NCBI RefSeq assembly: GCF_009914755.1
Contig: NC_060926.1
From: the human T2T-CHM13v2.0 reference genome, Homo sapiens
Direction: 5' to 3' (one strand)
DNA length: 64,000 bases
Part shown: positions 42,093-56,289 of the stretch, piece by piece
Numbering within the stretch: the first letter of the stretch is position 1
Layout of the letters: every line of letters starts with the position of its first letter
The notes under the pieces: generated by a model
What the model was told of the DNA's origin: nothing
The model's database searches: none
The model's input: the letters and a program-made list of their open reading frames with translations, nothing else
Made by a program: the position numbers and the translations under genes

Positions 42093-43054
42093 TATTACAA
42101 AATGTAATTTTTAAACAAAAAATTCACCATGGAACAGAGGTACCATGCTGATCTGAGGTCATTTGCAAATTTAGAATGTGTTGAACTCTTATCATCTGTA
42201 TATCATCTCTATAAACGTTAAAATTAAAGAAGACATTGCTCTTCAGATTTGTGAAATCTTGGGAAACTTTATCTAGACTTTTTTAGGTTATAAACCATGT
42301 GTATTTCTCCCCTACTTTCCTAGAGACTGACTTCCTTTGCAAAAGAGGATAAGTCAATTCATTATTTTTCATTATGCATTGAGCATGGGTAGAATGTACA
42401 ACAGTATCCATTTCCTCCAGCTCTCTGTCCTCTTTCCCAAATGAGGTCACACTGAGAGTTTCTGGTAACACCCAGAGAGTGTATGTTTTCCTGGGAAAGT
42501 TTTTACATTGCTGTCCAGTGAGAGAATTTGAACTTCTCATGTAACACATCTCTCGATCTACACAAATCACCCTTTTCCCTGTTGATAAGCCAGTCACAGT
42601 TATTTGCCCATCTAATTCTACAAAGGCATAAATGAGTGGTTTCCAAACACCGTGAAATCTATAGGGGCTTGAAAAGATATACAATCCATGTGGTCAAATT
42701 ATACAAGAACTAGTTTTGTCAACTCAGTGTATACAGCAAAACATACCATGTTTTGAGGATTCAAGCCAGGAAAAACAAGAAGAGAGTTCCAATAAGCGAT
42801 TTATATTTGCAAATATATTTATGTTTTATCTGTATATATTAGAACTGAGAATGCCCATGTAGGACAGAGTAAGGCCTTACTAAAATACAACACTGTTGCA
42901 TCTGCTTCTCATACATCAATGTGATCCATCACACTGTAATAGAGGAAGATGAATTTATCTGGTATATTATGCATTTCAGAGCCCATAACCTATGTTGTCC
43001 TCTCTACCTATTCTTTTACTGCTTTCTCTTTCTATTCTCCATTTGTTTCCACTC

Positions 43055-43665
43055 CACACTACAGAACGGCCCCTTCCCTCAAAGATGTCAGCTGTCATCT
43101 CCAAAACCTGAAATATAATGAGATACCACTCTTGTGATTGTGTTATGTTGCATGGCATAGCTAAGCATAGCTAACCTTAAGATGAGAAGTTTATTCAATG
43201 AGCTTATTCTATGACATGAGCACTCAAAAGCAGAAAGCGTCCTCTAATTGGTGGCTGCAAGGGAAAACAGAGAGATTCAAACTCTAAGAAGGACTTGATG
43301 AGCTGTTTCCAGTTTGAAGACAAAGGGGACCATAAGAGAAGAAATGTGGGTGATTTCTAGGAGCAGACAGCAGCCCTCAGATGACAGCAAAAAAAGAAAA
43401 AGGGACATCAGATACACAATTGCAAGGGACTAGATGCTGCCAACAACCTGAATAAGCTTGGAAAAGGATTCTTCTCCAAAGGCTCCAGGAAAGAGCCCAG
43501 GCTGGGTAACATCTTGATTTTAGCCTTGTGAACTTTGAGCAAAAAACCCAGCTGAGTCCATTCAGCCTTCTAACTTACAGAACTATGAGATAATATATGT
43601 GTATTGTTTTAACCTGATCTGATAACCTTGTGGTAATTCATTACCCAGCAATAGAAAACAAATAC
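43055..43665 (+). mobile_element. MLT1 (MLT1D/E-like) MaLR solo LTR
   Basis: ctgccaacaacctgaataagcttgga; cttgattttagccttgtga; ends gcaatagaaaacaaataca. Confidence 0.9.
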
Positions 43666-44108
43666 ATACAGACTTTGTCTAAAGTCGGTCAGTAGTACCA
43701 ATAAATACAGAGGGGCTTCAATGTGGACTTCCCAGGGCCATGAGGTTGCTGGCTCCAAAAAGAAAAGATAGAGAACCTTAGTTTATGTGTCCACCTAATG
43801 GCATGGGTGTCATGTTAATTAGTTAAGTAGTTCATAGCCCAAACTGCTAAGAGATTTACAGTTGCCCAGGGTTGCCGCAGTCTCCTAAACTAACTCAACC
43901 AGGGCTCTGACGTGTTTTTTTGTGTGTTGGTGTGTATGTGTTCCAGTGTGTTTTGTGGGAATAGTTATACTTAATAGCTACAGTAAAAAGCAGCTAGCCC
44001 CTATTACATATGAGGCTTTCACAGTATGTAGGATTAATTGTTTAAAAACTATGGGGGTCATCCCTAAATTTGTGTGGCCACATTTACAGATTCTTTATGT
44101 TTATATCC

Positions 44109-44461
44109 TAATATGGTTGGCTGTGTCCCCAACCAAATATCACCTTGAATTGTAATAAGCCCCACATGTCAAGGGCAGGGCCAGGTGGAGATAATTGAAT
44201 CGCGAAGGTGGTTTCCCCCATACTGTTCTCGTGGTAGTAAATAAGTCTCATGAGATCTCATGGTTTTATAAATGAAAGTTCCCTAACACGAGCTCTCTTG
44301 CCTGCCACCATTTAAGACGTGACTTTGCTCCTCATTTGCCTTCCACCATGATTGAGAGGCCTCCCCAGCCACATTGAACTGAGTCAATCAATCCTCTTTC
44401 TATTATAAATCACCCAGTCTTGAGTATGTCTTTATTAGCAGTGTGATAACAGACTAATACA
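44109..44461 (+). mobile_element. THE1 (THE1B/C-like) solo LTR
   Basis: taatatggttggctgtgtcccc ... acagactaataca; 5-bp TSD tatcc on both sides. Confidence 0.95.
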
Positions 44462-44741
44462 TATCCCTTTGTAGTTTGTGATCCAAAAAACCCTAAACAC
44501 CTTGGGAATAAGAACTATGTTGTATGTATTGTCATATCCCTAGTTTGCCTGTGGTGGGTACTAAATAAACAATTATTGAATTAATGATGTTCATAAAGAT
44601 AAGTAAATCATAGGAGTTAGAATATAGGATCTGGAGTCAAATTCTGCATAATATTGGTTCATAAGAAGTGATTGGTAAATGCTACTAATGAATTACCTAT
44701 TATAAACTTGCAGTATTTTTCCATTAACTAAACTTTAACAC

Positions 44742-45125
44742 TGTAGTAGTCCATTCTCACACTGCTATAAACAACTACCTGAGACTGAGTAATTTATGAA
44801 GAAAAGAGGTTTAACTGACTCACAGTTCTGCAGGCTATGCAGGAAGCATGGTTGGGAGGCATCAGGAAACCTACAATCATGGTGGAAGGCAAAGGGGAAG
44901 CAAGCACATCTTCACATGGTGGGAGGAAAGAGTGAAAGCAAAGAGGGAAGGGCCACACACTTCCAAACAACCAGATCTCCTGAGAAGTAACTCACTATCA
45001 TGAGAACAGGAAAGGGGAAGTCCGCCCCCATGATTCAGTCACCTCCCACCAGGTCCTTCCTTCAACACATGGATATTACAATTTCACCTGAGATTTGGGT
45101 GGGGACGCAGAGCCAAACCATATCA
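44742..45125 (-). mobile_element. MSTA/THE1D-like solo LTR
   Basis: tgtagtagtccattctcacactgctataaa ... gagatttgggtggggacgcagagccaaaccatatca; TSD aacac/accac. Confidence 0.93.
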
Positions 45126-45303
45126 ACCACATCATGCTAAGCTCTCCATGGTCTAGCCTACAATACATTTCCAGTTTCCTCTCTCTCTACTTTCTCCATG
45201 TGCCTGTTAGCATTCCATGAATACACATCTCTGTGCTTTTGCTTATGCTTTTTCTCAGACTAGAATATTCTTTTCCTTCCAATCCATATCTTACTTTTTA
45301 AGT

Positions 45304-45444
45304 CAGGGGTCGACAAACTGTGGCCCAGAGCCAAATCCAGGTTTCCACCTGTTTTTTTATGATTTTGTCTCTTGGCCTATAGAGTCTTAAATATTTACTA
45401 TCTAGACCTTTACCACCCCCCCAAAAAAATTTTGCTCACTCTTG
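45304..45444 (+). mobile_element. MER58A (internally deleted), within an L2 fragment
   Basis: caggggtcgacaaactgtggccc...taaatatttactatctagaccttta...tttgctcactcttg. Confidence 0.85.
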
Positions 45445-46335
45445 ATTTAAGATCAGTTCAAATGCTACCTTCTTTAAGAGCTTACCTAAATTTTTCTGGG
45501 TGGTGGGACGTGAGGTGGGGGAAGATACTTCTCTTAAGTTTCCAGTAGATGTCTTATAACCATTTTAAGCACTCATTACACATTTGCTTACTTATGTCTA
45601 CATATAAAATGCTCAGACATGATTCTCCAGGTTTTGGCAGGACATTGTTTCACATGTCATTCTTGACAATGAACAATTAAACATACATCAGTATTAGGTA
45701 ATAACAGAAGTAATAAATACAGAGTTCATGTTTCAGGAAGATGGAAATTTCATTAAGACTCTATTTCCACTATCAATTATTAAATAAATTCACCTAAGTA
45801 TTTTCTTCCTCTAATCTATTCAACAGGAAACCTCAGAGAAAGAGCATGTTCTTTGTTATGCATGAATGGATTTTGAAATAACATGCACCAAAACCTTTTT
45901 TTTGTATGCTGAAGATTTCCTTAAGATTATATCAGAATAATTATGTCACAAGACTTTTTGTTTTGAGAGAAGCTTAACTCTACACAAATGGTAAATTGTT
46001 AGAGAATAAAAGTATGCCAAACATTTGAAAGTGATTTTTACTTTTAGATCTGTAATAACAACTGTCTAGTGCTATTTTGTATTCAATGAATTTGTAATAT
46101 TTACTTATTATTTTGAAGTTATTTAAATATTAACTCTCTCCTGATAAGTCACATTGCCTGTGTATAATAGTACAGCATGTGTTTTCTTGTTCTGTGTGCT
46201 GACTCTTAGAGATTTCTCATGAGATCTCAATACGACAATGGCAGAACCTGAGAACAAATCCTATAGAAATGGGTCTTGATCTCCCATTTCTGCATGAAAG
46301 ACTTCTGTGATCTGTTGCCATTGTATACTGGTACC

Positions 46336-46360
46336 AGAGAGAGAGAGAGGGAGAGAGAGA
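46336..46360. repeat. (GA)n microsatellite
   Basis: agagagagagagagggagagagaga. Confidence 0.85.
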
Positions 46361-47199
46361 AAGTGGAATTTTCAGAGGTTATTTTCAACTCAGAACATTT
46401 ACTCTAAGTTAAAAGGAATTCTTCAATCTCTCTTTGTTGGGTCAGTAACCGAGTATAATTAAACATAGCTACATTTACCTTCATATATACAACTAAGCAG
46501 CAATAACAATATATCATTATTGTAATGACACCAGGTTATTTGATAGCATGTGATACTCATATAAGACAGTTAATATATTCCTAATATATTGGGCCATTAG
46601 GTAAAGCAAAGGAATGCAGTAAAGACTGAAGAAAAACAGTTGCTTCCAGCTTTACGTTCTTACAGCACTTAAATAAGCTACAGAGTTTGACCTTTTACAT
46701 ATTACATGCTATTTAGCTCATTGCTATTATAGATCTTTAGTTTGATTGTGGGCTGGCAGCACACGGGCATTATCTTATATTTCTTAGAATCACTTAAGCC
46801 TAGAATAATTTCTGGCACATGGTAGTAATTTGGAAGGTCTTTAGAGAATTCAGCATGGCTAAAGCTTTTCCACACTTCTCCATGGTCAAAAATAATGTAA
46901 TAAAGTTACCTCATATGTCAATAAAAATGCTTCATAATTGTTTCTATGATTGTATAGTTAAAAATGATTTTTTTGTGTGAAGATATGTATGAGCCAAAAA
47001 CTTATGATTTTGGTAGTTCATTTGTAATTCTATAGCGAATCTTTTACATAATTTAGGATCCAGTTGTTCAGGAATATTCTTGAGGGCTATGTTTCAATAT
47101 ATGATATCTACAAAAGTATGAAAGAAGCTAGCAAGAAATTTTGGCATATGCTGCTACCATGAAGGGAAATTTTCCTTTCCTCTTCATTGGATCAAGTCT

Positions 47200-47504
47200 T
47201 ATTCATTCCTCGCCTAGGTTCAAATGTCACCTCTTCAGCAAAGCCATCTCTGACCTTCCTGAAAAGGTTAAATTCTCCTGTCAGGTACTCTCGCAGCACT
47301 GGGTAATTCTCCCTCATGGAAACTAACTCAGTTGCCAATTTTCATCCCATCAGCATGACTGTTTATTTGATGTCTGCCTCCCCTACTAGACGTTCAGCTC
47401 TACCAGAGCAAGGGTTGTGTATGCTTTTGTACTCATTCTCCCATATAATATCTGATACGTAGGAGGCATTCCACCAATATTCAGTAAGTGACTGAGTAAA
47501 TAAA
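47200..47504 (+). mobile_element. L2a-like 3' end
   Basis: ggttcaaatgtcacctcttcag; tgtctgcctcccctactagac; ends gactgagtaaataaa. Confidence 0.85.
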
Positions 47505-47864
47505 CAGAAGAGCCTGTGAACTCACTGAGGCTCTGTCAGCAGGTAGGTACGTATAACTAAAGCCACACTCTACCCTCCAAAACTCTGAGAAGAATCACAC
47601 CATGAGTAGCATTCAGAGATAGCATATTGAAAAACATGAATAATTACTTATTGTCTTGAAAAATGCATGCTTTCATGTAAAGGAGGACTGCTAAGTTTTT
47701 GAAACACTTATGAAGGACTAACACTGCCCAAAGGTATACTGACCATTTTTTATTGGTAAAATGTTCTGTATGCATGTCCAAGATTAATTCTGAAATATGG
47801 ATACTATAAAATGTAAGAGAGAAGTATCTTAGTGCATAATTTTTGAAACAGGATTTAAAAAATA

Positions 47865-48712
47865 AAACTTTTATTTTAGGTTCAGCAGTACATGTGAAGG
47901 TTTGCTACATAGGTAAATTTGTGTCATGGGGGTTTCTGGTACAAATTATTTCATCAACCAGGCATTAAGCCCAATACCCAATAGTTATCTTTTCCACTCC
48001 TCTCCCTCCTCCCACCCCACCCCCAAGTAGGCCTCAGTGTCTGTTGTTCCCTTCTTTGTGTTCCTGAGTTCTCATCATTTAGCTCCCACTTATAAGTGAG
48101 AACATACGATACCTGGCTTTCTGTTCCTGTGTTAGTTTGCTAAGGATAATAGCCTCCAGCTCCATCTGCAAAATACACAATCTTTTTTTTAATGGCTGAA
48201 TAGTATTCCATGGTGTATATGTTCTACATTTTCTTTATCCAATCTGTCATTGAAGGGAATTTGTGTCGATTCCATGTCTTTGCTATTGTGAAGAGTGCTG
48301 CAATGAACATTTGTGTGCATGGGTGTTTACGGTAGAATGATTTATATTCCTCTGGCTATATGCTCAGTAATGGGATTGCTGGGTCAAGTGGTAGTTCTGC
48401 TTTTATCTCTTTGAGGAATTGTCATACTGCTTTCTACAATGGTTGAGTTAATTTACACTCCCACCAACAGGGTAGAAGTGTTCCCTGTTCTCTGCATCCT
48501 CACCAGCATCTGCTATTTTTTGGCTTTTTAATAATAGTCATTCTGACTGGTGTGAGATGGTATCTCATTGTGGTTTTGATTTGCATTTCTCTAATGATCA
48601 GTGATATTGAGCTTTTTTTCATATTCTTCTTGGCCACAAATATGTCTTCTTTTGAGAAGTCTGTTCATGATCTTTGTCCACTTTTTAAAGTTTTATTCTT
48701 CTGTAAATTTGT
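47865..48712 (-). mobile_element. L1PA15/16-like 3' end, 5'-truncated
   Basis: acttttattttaggttcag...gtgagatggtatctcattgtggttttgatttgcatttctctaatgatc; candidate TSD aaacaggat at 47846 and 48714. Confidence 0.93.
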
Positions 48713-48804
48713 AAAACAGGATATTAAAGAAAAATGTTTTGTTTCCCACAAACTTCATAGTTATTTTTCATTTTAATTAGGAAAATTACAAAGCAGTGAA
48801 ATTT

Positions 48805-49000
48805 GAGTTTGTGATATGGGGGAAAGAGCCGAGACTTAATAATCTAAACTGGTATGTTCAAAACTACACATTAGCAGTGTATTCTTGGGAAAAATCTAAA
48901 CTTTTGAAGCCTTTAACTTACCTTCCTGAAAATGGGAATGATAATAATACCATTTAGCAAGACTTTTATGATGATTACATGAGATATTTTGAAAAACAAG
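48805..49000 (+). mobile_element. MIR
   Basis: gaaaatgggaatgataataatacc...ttttatgatgattacatgagata. Confidence 0.65.
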
Positions 49001-49007
49001 TATACAG

Positions 49008-49385
49008 AAGCAGCCCTCAACCTTTTTTGCCACCAGGGACCAGTGTTAGAAAGACTTGGACGGGGTGGTGGAGAGTGTGGGGGGAGGGGTAGTGTGGGGG
49101 ATTGTTTCAGGATGAAACTGTTCCACCTCAGATCATCTCAGATCATTGGGCATTAGTTAGATCCTCTCATGAGGAGCACACAACCTGGATCCCTTACATG
49201 TGCAGTCCACAAGAGGTTTCACGCTCCTATGAGAATCTAATGCCACCACTGATCTGACAGATGCAGAGCTCAGGCAGTAATGGTCGCTCATCTACCACTC
49301 ATCTCTAGCTGTCCTGCTGTGTGGTCCAGTTCCTAACAGGCCACGGACTGTCACTTGTCCATGGCCCGGGGGCTGGGGACCCCTG
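49008..49385 (+). mobile_element. MER1B (hAT-Charlie)
   Basis: gtttcaggatgaaactgttccacctcagatcat; cgctcctatgagaatctaatgcc; ends ggggacccctg; near-TSD gtatacag/ttgtacag. Confidence 0.92.
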
Positions 49386-49599
49386 TTGTACAGTAATAGT
49401 GCACTTTAGATACTTTATAAACACAAGTTCCAATTTTGACACTTTCATAACAAATATTTATAAAAAGCTGCTTTTCTTTATAAAGCATACACATTTTTAA
49501 AAGTATTTAAAAGCTGTAGATTGTTTGAATGAAGGTAGATGGATGTCAAGCAATCTGAATCTGGATAAAACCTTCTTTCATTTTTTGAATTAACGTAGC

Positions 49600-49800
49600 T
49601 GCAGATACCATTGAGCGGTAAGGCCTTACTTTATGCCAAAGGCCTTACTTTTTCTCATCTAATCCTCATGGAAACCCAGAGTTATAATTCCATTTCACTT
49701 GGGGGAAACTGAGGCTTAAGGGAAAAGCCTAACTAAGCTCTCGATTTAGAAGGTATGATGTTGAACCTAGTAAAACTATGCCACCTAACTACATATTCCT
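49600..49800 (-). mobile_element. MIR
   Basis: ctcatctaatcctca...ggaaactgaggcttaag. Confidence 0.7.
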
Positions 49801-49857
49801 GTTGTTTATTGTGTTTATACAGATACTGTGATGAACTCAACAGAAATTATTGATTGA

Positions 49858-51945
49858 CATTTCTATTAAGTATGGTACTGGAAGTCCTAGTCAGATAAAT
49901 TAGGCAAGAGAAAGAAATAAAAAGCATCCAACTTGGAATGGATGAAATTAAGTTGTCTTGTTTGCAAAGGACATGATCTCAGATTTCACTAAAAAACTAT
50001 TAGAACTAATAAATTAATTCAGTAAAGTTGTAGTATACAAAAATCAACATACAAAAATCAGTAGCAGTTCTATACATGAACAATGAACTATCCAGAAAAG
50101 AAATCAAGAAAACAATCTCACTTACAATAGCTTCAATAAATACATTTAACCAAGGAGGTGAAAGATCTGTACACTGAAATCTATAAAACACTGATGAAAG
50201 AAACTGAAGATGACATAAATCAATAGAAATATATAGGGTCAATGCAATCTCTATCAAAATTCTAATGACATTTTTCACAGAAGTGGAAAAAAAATCCTAC
50301 AATTTGTGTGGAACTACAGAAGAGCCCAAATAGCAGAAGGTATCTTGAGTAAAAAGAAAAAAGTTGAAGGCATCACACTACTTGACTTCCAAATATACGG
50401 CAAAGCTATAGTGACAGAAATAGCAAGGTACTGACCTAAAAACAGATACATGGACCAATGGAACAGAATAGACAGCCCAGAAATAAACCCACACATTTAT
50501 GGTCAATTGGCACAAAAGTGCCAAAAACATACAATGAAGAAAGAACAGTCTCTTCAATAAATTATTTTGGTACAACTGGCCATCCACATGCAGAAGAATA
50601 AAATTAGACCCTTAAATCAACACCATATACAAAAACCAATTCAAAATGTATTAAAGACTTAGTTCTAAGATCTGGAACTCTAGAACTACCGGAATAAAAC
50701 ATAGGAAAAAAGCTCCATGACCTTAGTGTGAGCAATGATTTTTTTTTTTTGAAATGACCCTAAAAACACAAACAAAAGCAAAAATAGAAAAATGGATGAA
50801 ATCCAAAAAAAAAGCTCATACATAACAAAGGAAACAATCATTAGAGTGAAGAGACCTATGGAATAGGAGAGAATATTTACAAACCATACATTTGATATGT
50901 GTTTAATATTCAAAATATATAAGGAGCTCAAACAACTCAATAGCAAGTAAATAAATAATCCAATCATTTCAAAATGAGAAGAGGCTCTGAATAGAAATTA
51001 CTCAAAAAAAAACATAGAAATGGCCAACAGGTATATGAAAAAATGTCCAACATCACTAATCATCAGAGAAAGGCAAATTAAACCCACACGAGATACCACC
51101 TCCTACCTATTAAAATGGTTTTTATAAAAAAGATGAAAGATAATAAGTGTTGGTAAGAATGGGGAGAAAAGGAAAACCTTGCACACTGTTGGTGGTTATG
51201 TAGATTGGTACAACCATTATAAAAAATGGTATGGAAGTTCTTCAAACAACTAAAAGTAGAATGACCATATGATCTAGCAATTTCACTCCTATATATATAT
51301 CCAACAGAAATGAAATCAGTATGTCAAACAGATATCTGCACTCCCTTGGTCACTGAGCATTATTCACAATAGCCAAGATATGGAATCAACAGATGAATGG
51401 GTAAAGAGAATGTGGTATATATACACAATGGAATACTATTCAGCCTTAAATTGAAGGAAATTCTTGTCATTTGCAACAAATGGATAAGCCTGGAGGACAT
51501 TATATTAAATGAAATAAGTCAGGCACAGAAAGACAAGTATTACATGGTCTCAATTATGTGTGGAATATAAGAAAGCTGAACTCATAGAAGCAGAGAGTAG
51601 AATGGTGTTTACCAGGAACAGGGGAAGGGGAGGAGCAGGATTAGGAGATGTTGATCAAAGACAAAATTTCAATTAGACAGGAGGAATAAATTGAAGAGAT
51701 CTACTGTACAATTAGGTGACTACAGTTAATAATAATTTATTTTATTATTGAAAATTGCTAAGAGAGTAGATTTTGTGTTCTCACAAGAAAAAATAGGTAT
51801 GTGAAGTAATGCATACATTAATTAGCTTGAGTTAGTCATTTCCTAATGTATACGTATTTCAAAACATCATGTACATAATGAATTTATATAATTTTATACA
51901 CACATGCATTTTATCAATTAAAAAATAAATTGATCAATTAAAAAG
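49858..51945 (+). mobile_element. L1MA-type ORF2 3' part and 3' UTR
   Basis: gtactggaagtcctag; aaaatcaacatacaaaaatcagtagc; gaccaatggaacagaatagacagcccagaaataaaccc; 3' UTR aaaattgctaagagagtagatttt. Confidence 0.95.
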
Positions 51946-52019
51946 TTTATTATTCCTCTTTTCAATGTAATAAATATTTTTAAAGATATTGATGAAATTT
52001 TAATATTTTTAAAGCATCG

Positions 52020-52560
<541 letters not shown>

Positions 52561-53311
52561 CAATGACATCTCTAGTATACATCTCTCATAGGAACAGCTC
52601 CCTGATCAACTATTTGGCACAAATAACAACAATATAATACATTTTAAAAAGATACAACTATGTACATCTACAATCACTTAAAATTATTACTTTATGTGTC
52701 AAGCCCTTCAAAAAGATTCCATTGTACTGTATATAAATTTTGTAAAACATGAAAGTCAAGCATATTTTAAATGTTCTCTTTTGAAATTTGAAAGATCTGT
52801 GTGGATAGCTAGTCTGTTGTAAATACTGTCTTGGAAGTAAAACATGATGCCTGTTTTTCTAGAGAAACAGAAGCACAAACAATAAATCCACTGACTTGTT
52901 TCTATACAACCTTCATGTTAGTCTTCTAAACATTCTATAAAAAGACTATATAGATCATAAAGTCTGTAAAGACCATAAAATAGTGGTATGTATATATACA
53001 CACATGCACAACATAATACATGAGGAGTAAGGGTATAGAAATGTGTCTCAAATTCAGTTTTCTGTTGCTCTATCTCCTTGACTTCCCCTAACTTTCTTAT
53101 CCATCATTTTTTGTAAGAAAATAAATCATAAATCGAAAGCATATAGAGAATATGAGGAAGCATGAAAAGTCATTACGCTGATTTAGTGAAAATGATGAGA
53201 AAGGAGAGATGAGCATAAAAGTAGCAAAGTAACTATTCTCCTTTCCACTTCTATGAGACTGCACCCAGGGTATGTTATTAGGACACTACATTTTGGTTGA
53301 CATGTTTGATG

Positions 53312-53360
53312 ATATGGTAGAAAACAAAGTTTTGGTCATATGGTAGAAAACAAAGTTTTG
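53312..53360. repeat. Perfect 23-bp tandem duplication
   Basis: atatggtagaaaacaaagttttg at 53312-53334 and 53338-53360. Confidence 0.95.
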
Positions 53361-53503
53361 CAATATAAGCATATTGCATCAATGATTAATTTTGAGGCAT
53401 ATTTGCTGTGGAGCATCAAAGGAGAGTAGAAAAATACAAAGGAAAAATGCAGAGATTTGTTTGGCTAGATTTAGTTTAAAAGAAATACTGATTATTGCAA
53501 GCT

Positions 53504-53657
53504 CAAGCATTGCAAATTCAAATGACTACAGATAAGAAAAATGAGAAATGGGCTAAGAAGGGACCATGGCAATTTAGAAAGCATGTCTCCTTTAAAGGTG
53601 CTAAGGCAGCTTTAGCAGATTGCTGCTAGAAAATGGGATTCTTATGCAAAACTGCCA
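53504..53657 (+). mobile_element. MER102-like (hAT-Charlie), 5' half
   Basis: ttgcaaattcaaatgactacag...catggcaatttagaaagcatgtctcctttaaagg...cagattgctgc. Confidence 0.65.
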
Positions 53658-54548
53658 CTTAAATATACTTTATTATTTAGAGCAGTTTTAGATTCACAAC
53701 AAAATGGAGCAGAACGTACACACAAGTACAGCCTCCTCCACTATCCACAACCTGCACCAGATTGGTACATTTGTTATAATGGATGAACCTACATTGATGT
53801 ACCATCATCATCCAAAGTCCATAGTTTACTGTTAGTGTTCACTCTTGGTGTATGTACACTTTACAAGTTTTGAAAAGCTATAATGAAATATATCCAGCGC
53901 TATAGTTTCATAGAGAATAGTTTCACTGCACTAAATAACCTCTGTTCTCCACTCTATTCATCTTCCCCCTTTCCCTGAGCCCTTTGCAACCACCGATTGT
54001 TTGACTTTCTTCATGGTTTTTCCTTTTCCAGAATGTTTTACAGCTGTCATCTCACAGTATGTAACCTTTTCAAATAGGCGTTTTCACTTAGTAATATGCA
54101 TTTAAGTACCTTCTTAAACCATGTCTTTTCATGGCTGAAAGCTTTTTATTACTATTTATTTATTCAGCTTTTTATTGCTGAATAATATTCCATCGTATGG
54201 ATGCACTACAGTTTATTTATCTGTTTACCTACATAAAAAATATTTTGTCTGCTTCAAGTTTTGGCAATTATGAATAAAGATGCTATAAACAACTGTGTAC
54301 AGGTTTCTGTGTGGACATATGTTTTCAACTCATTTGGGTATATACCAAAATGTGTGATTGCTGGATATATGTAAGTGTATGTTAGAAACTGCCAAACTGT
54401 CTTCCAAAGTGACTGTACCATTTTCCATTCTCATTTAGGTTTACGATCTCCACAGTAATTAATTCAAAATGAATCATAGAACTAAATATAAAAGGCAAAC
54501 TATAAAACTCATAGAAGATAACAAATAACAAATTCTAGATGGCTTTGG

Positions 54549-54811
54549 TATTACAGACTGGAAGTTTGTGGCATTCCTACAAATATATAAGTTGAAATAA
54601 TCATAACCCCCAATGTTATGGCATCAGGGTGTGGGGATTTTTGTAGGTGATTAGGTGATGAGGGTGGGGATCTCAGGAATTAGATTATTGCCTATATAAA
54701 TGATACCCTGGAGAGCACCCTCATTCCTTCTGCCATGGGAGCACACAAGAAGAAGACGGCCAACTATAAACCAGGAAGGGGGTGCTTACCAGACACCAAA
54801 TCTACTGGTAC
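54549..54811 (+). mobile_element. MLT1A0-like LTR, 3'-truncated
   Basis: taacccccaatgttatgg...aggtgattaggtgatgagggtgg...accaggaag...accagacaccaaatctactgg; the LTR 3' end is absent. Confidence 0.88.
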
Positions 54812-55977
54812 AGGCTCAGCTTTTTTTTTTAATTATTGTTATTTTTTTATTTGTGTGGACATCCAGTTTGTCTGGCATCATTTGTCAAAAAGACAATGTT
54901 TTTCTCCATCATATTGTTTTTGCTCCTTTGTTAAAGGATAGGTGACTATATTTGCATGGGTCTAATTCTGAGTTCTCTATTTCATTGCATGGATCTGTTT
55001 GTTTATTCTTTTGTCAATATCACAGTCTTGATTACTATAGCCTTACAGTATGTCTTAAAGTTGGGTAATGTCAGTCTTAGGACTTTTGTCTTCTCCTTTA
55101 ATATTGAATATGATGTTCTGGGTCTTTTACTTTTCCATATAAACCTTAGAATTAGTTTGTTGATATTTATATCAACAAATAACTTGCTGGAATTTTGATT
55201 GAGATTGTGCTGGTTTCACAGATCAAGTTGGCAATCTTCCTGTCTATGAACATGGGGTTTCTCTTCGTTTATTTAGCTCCTCTTTGATTTCTTTTGTCAG
55301 AGTTTTATAGTTTTCCTCATGTAGAGGTTGTATATATTTTGTTAGATTTATAACTAAGCATTTCATTTTTGTGGTGTTAATGTAATTAGCATTATATTTT
55401 AAATTTCAAATTCCAATCATTTATTCTTGGTACATAGGAAAGTGATTAACTTTTGTACATTAGCCTTGTATTTTACAACCTTACTATAATTGCTTATTAG
55501 TTCCAGGAGGATTTTTTAGTTAATTCTTTTGAATGCTCTACACAGACAATAATGCCATCTGCAAAGAGAGTTTTATTTCTTCCTTCCCAATTTTAAAGCT
55601 TTTATTTCCTTTTCTTGTCTTGTTGCATTAGTTAGGATTTCCAGTACAAGCCAAAAAAGAATGACATGAGGAGACACCCTTGCCTTGTTTCTAATCTTAG
55701 AGGGAACAACTACTAGTTTCTTGAAATTAAGTATAATGGCAGCTTTAGATAATTTTAGATGTTCATCAAGTTGAGGAAGTTACCTTCTATTGCTAGTTTG
55801 GTGAGAGTTTTTATCATGAGCAAGTGATAGATTTTTACAAATGCTTTCTCTGTATCTGTTGATTTGATCATTTAACTTTTCTTTTTTAGCTTGTTGATGT
55901 GATGGATTCCATTAATTGATTTTCAAATGTTAAAGTAGCCTTGCATATTGCATACTGGAATATAGTCTACTTGATAG

Positions 55978-56289
<312 letters not shown>

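Noticed and set aside
42283-42684. 133-aa - strand ORF in non-repeat sequence
   Set aside because: Non-ATG start, no recognisable homology and no convincing donor; a BLASTP or PhyloCSF hit would be needed to revive it.
49858-51945. L1 ORF2 as a functional CDS (also 36255-38541)
   Set aside because: Many stops, frameshifts and deletions; 5'-truncated dead copies.
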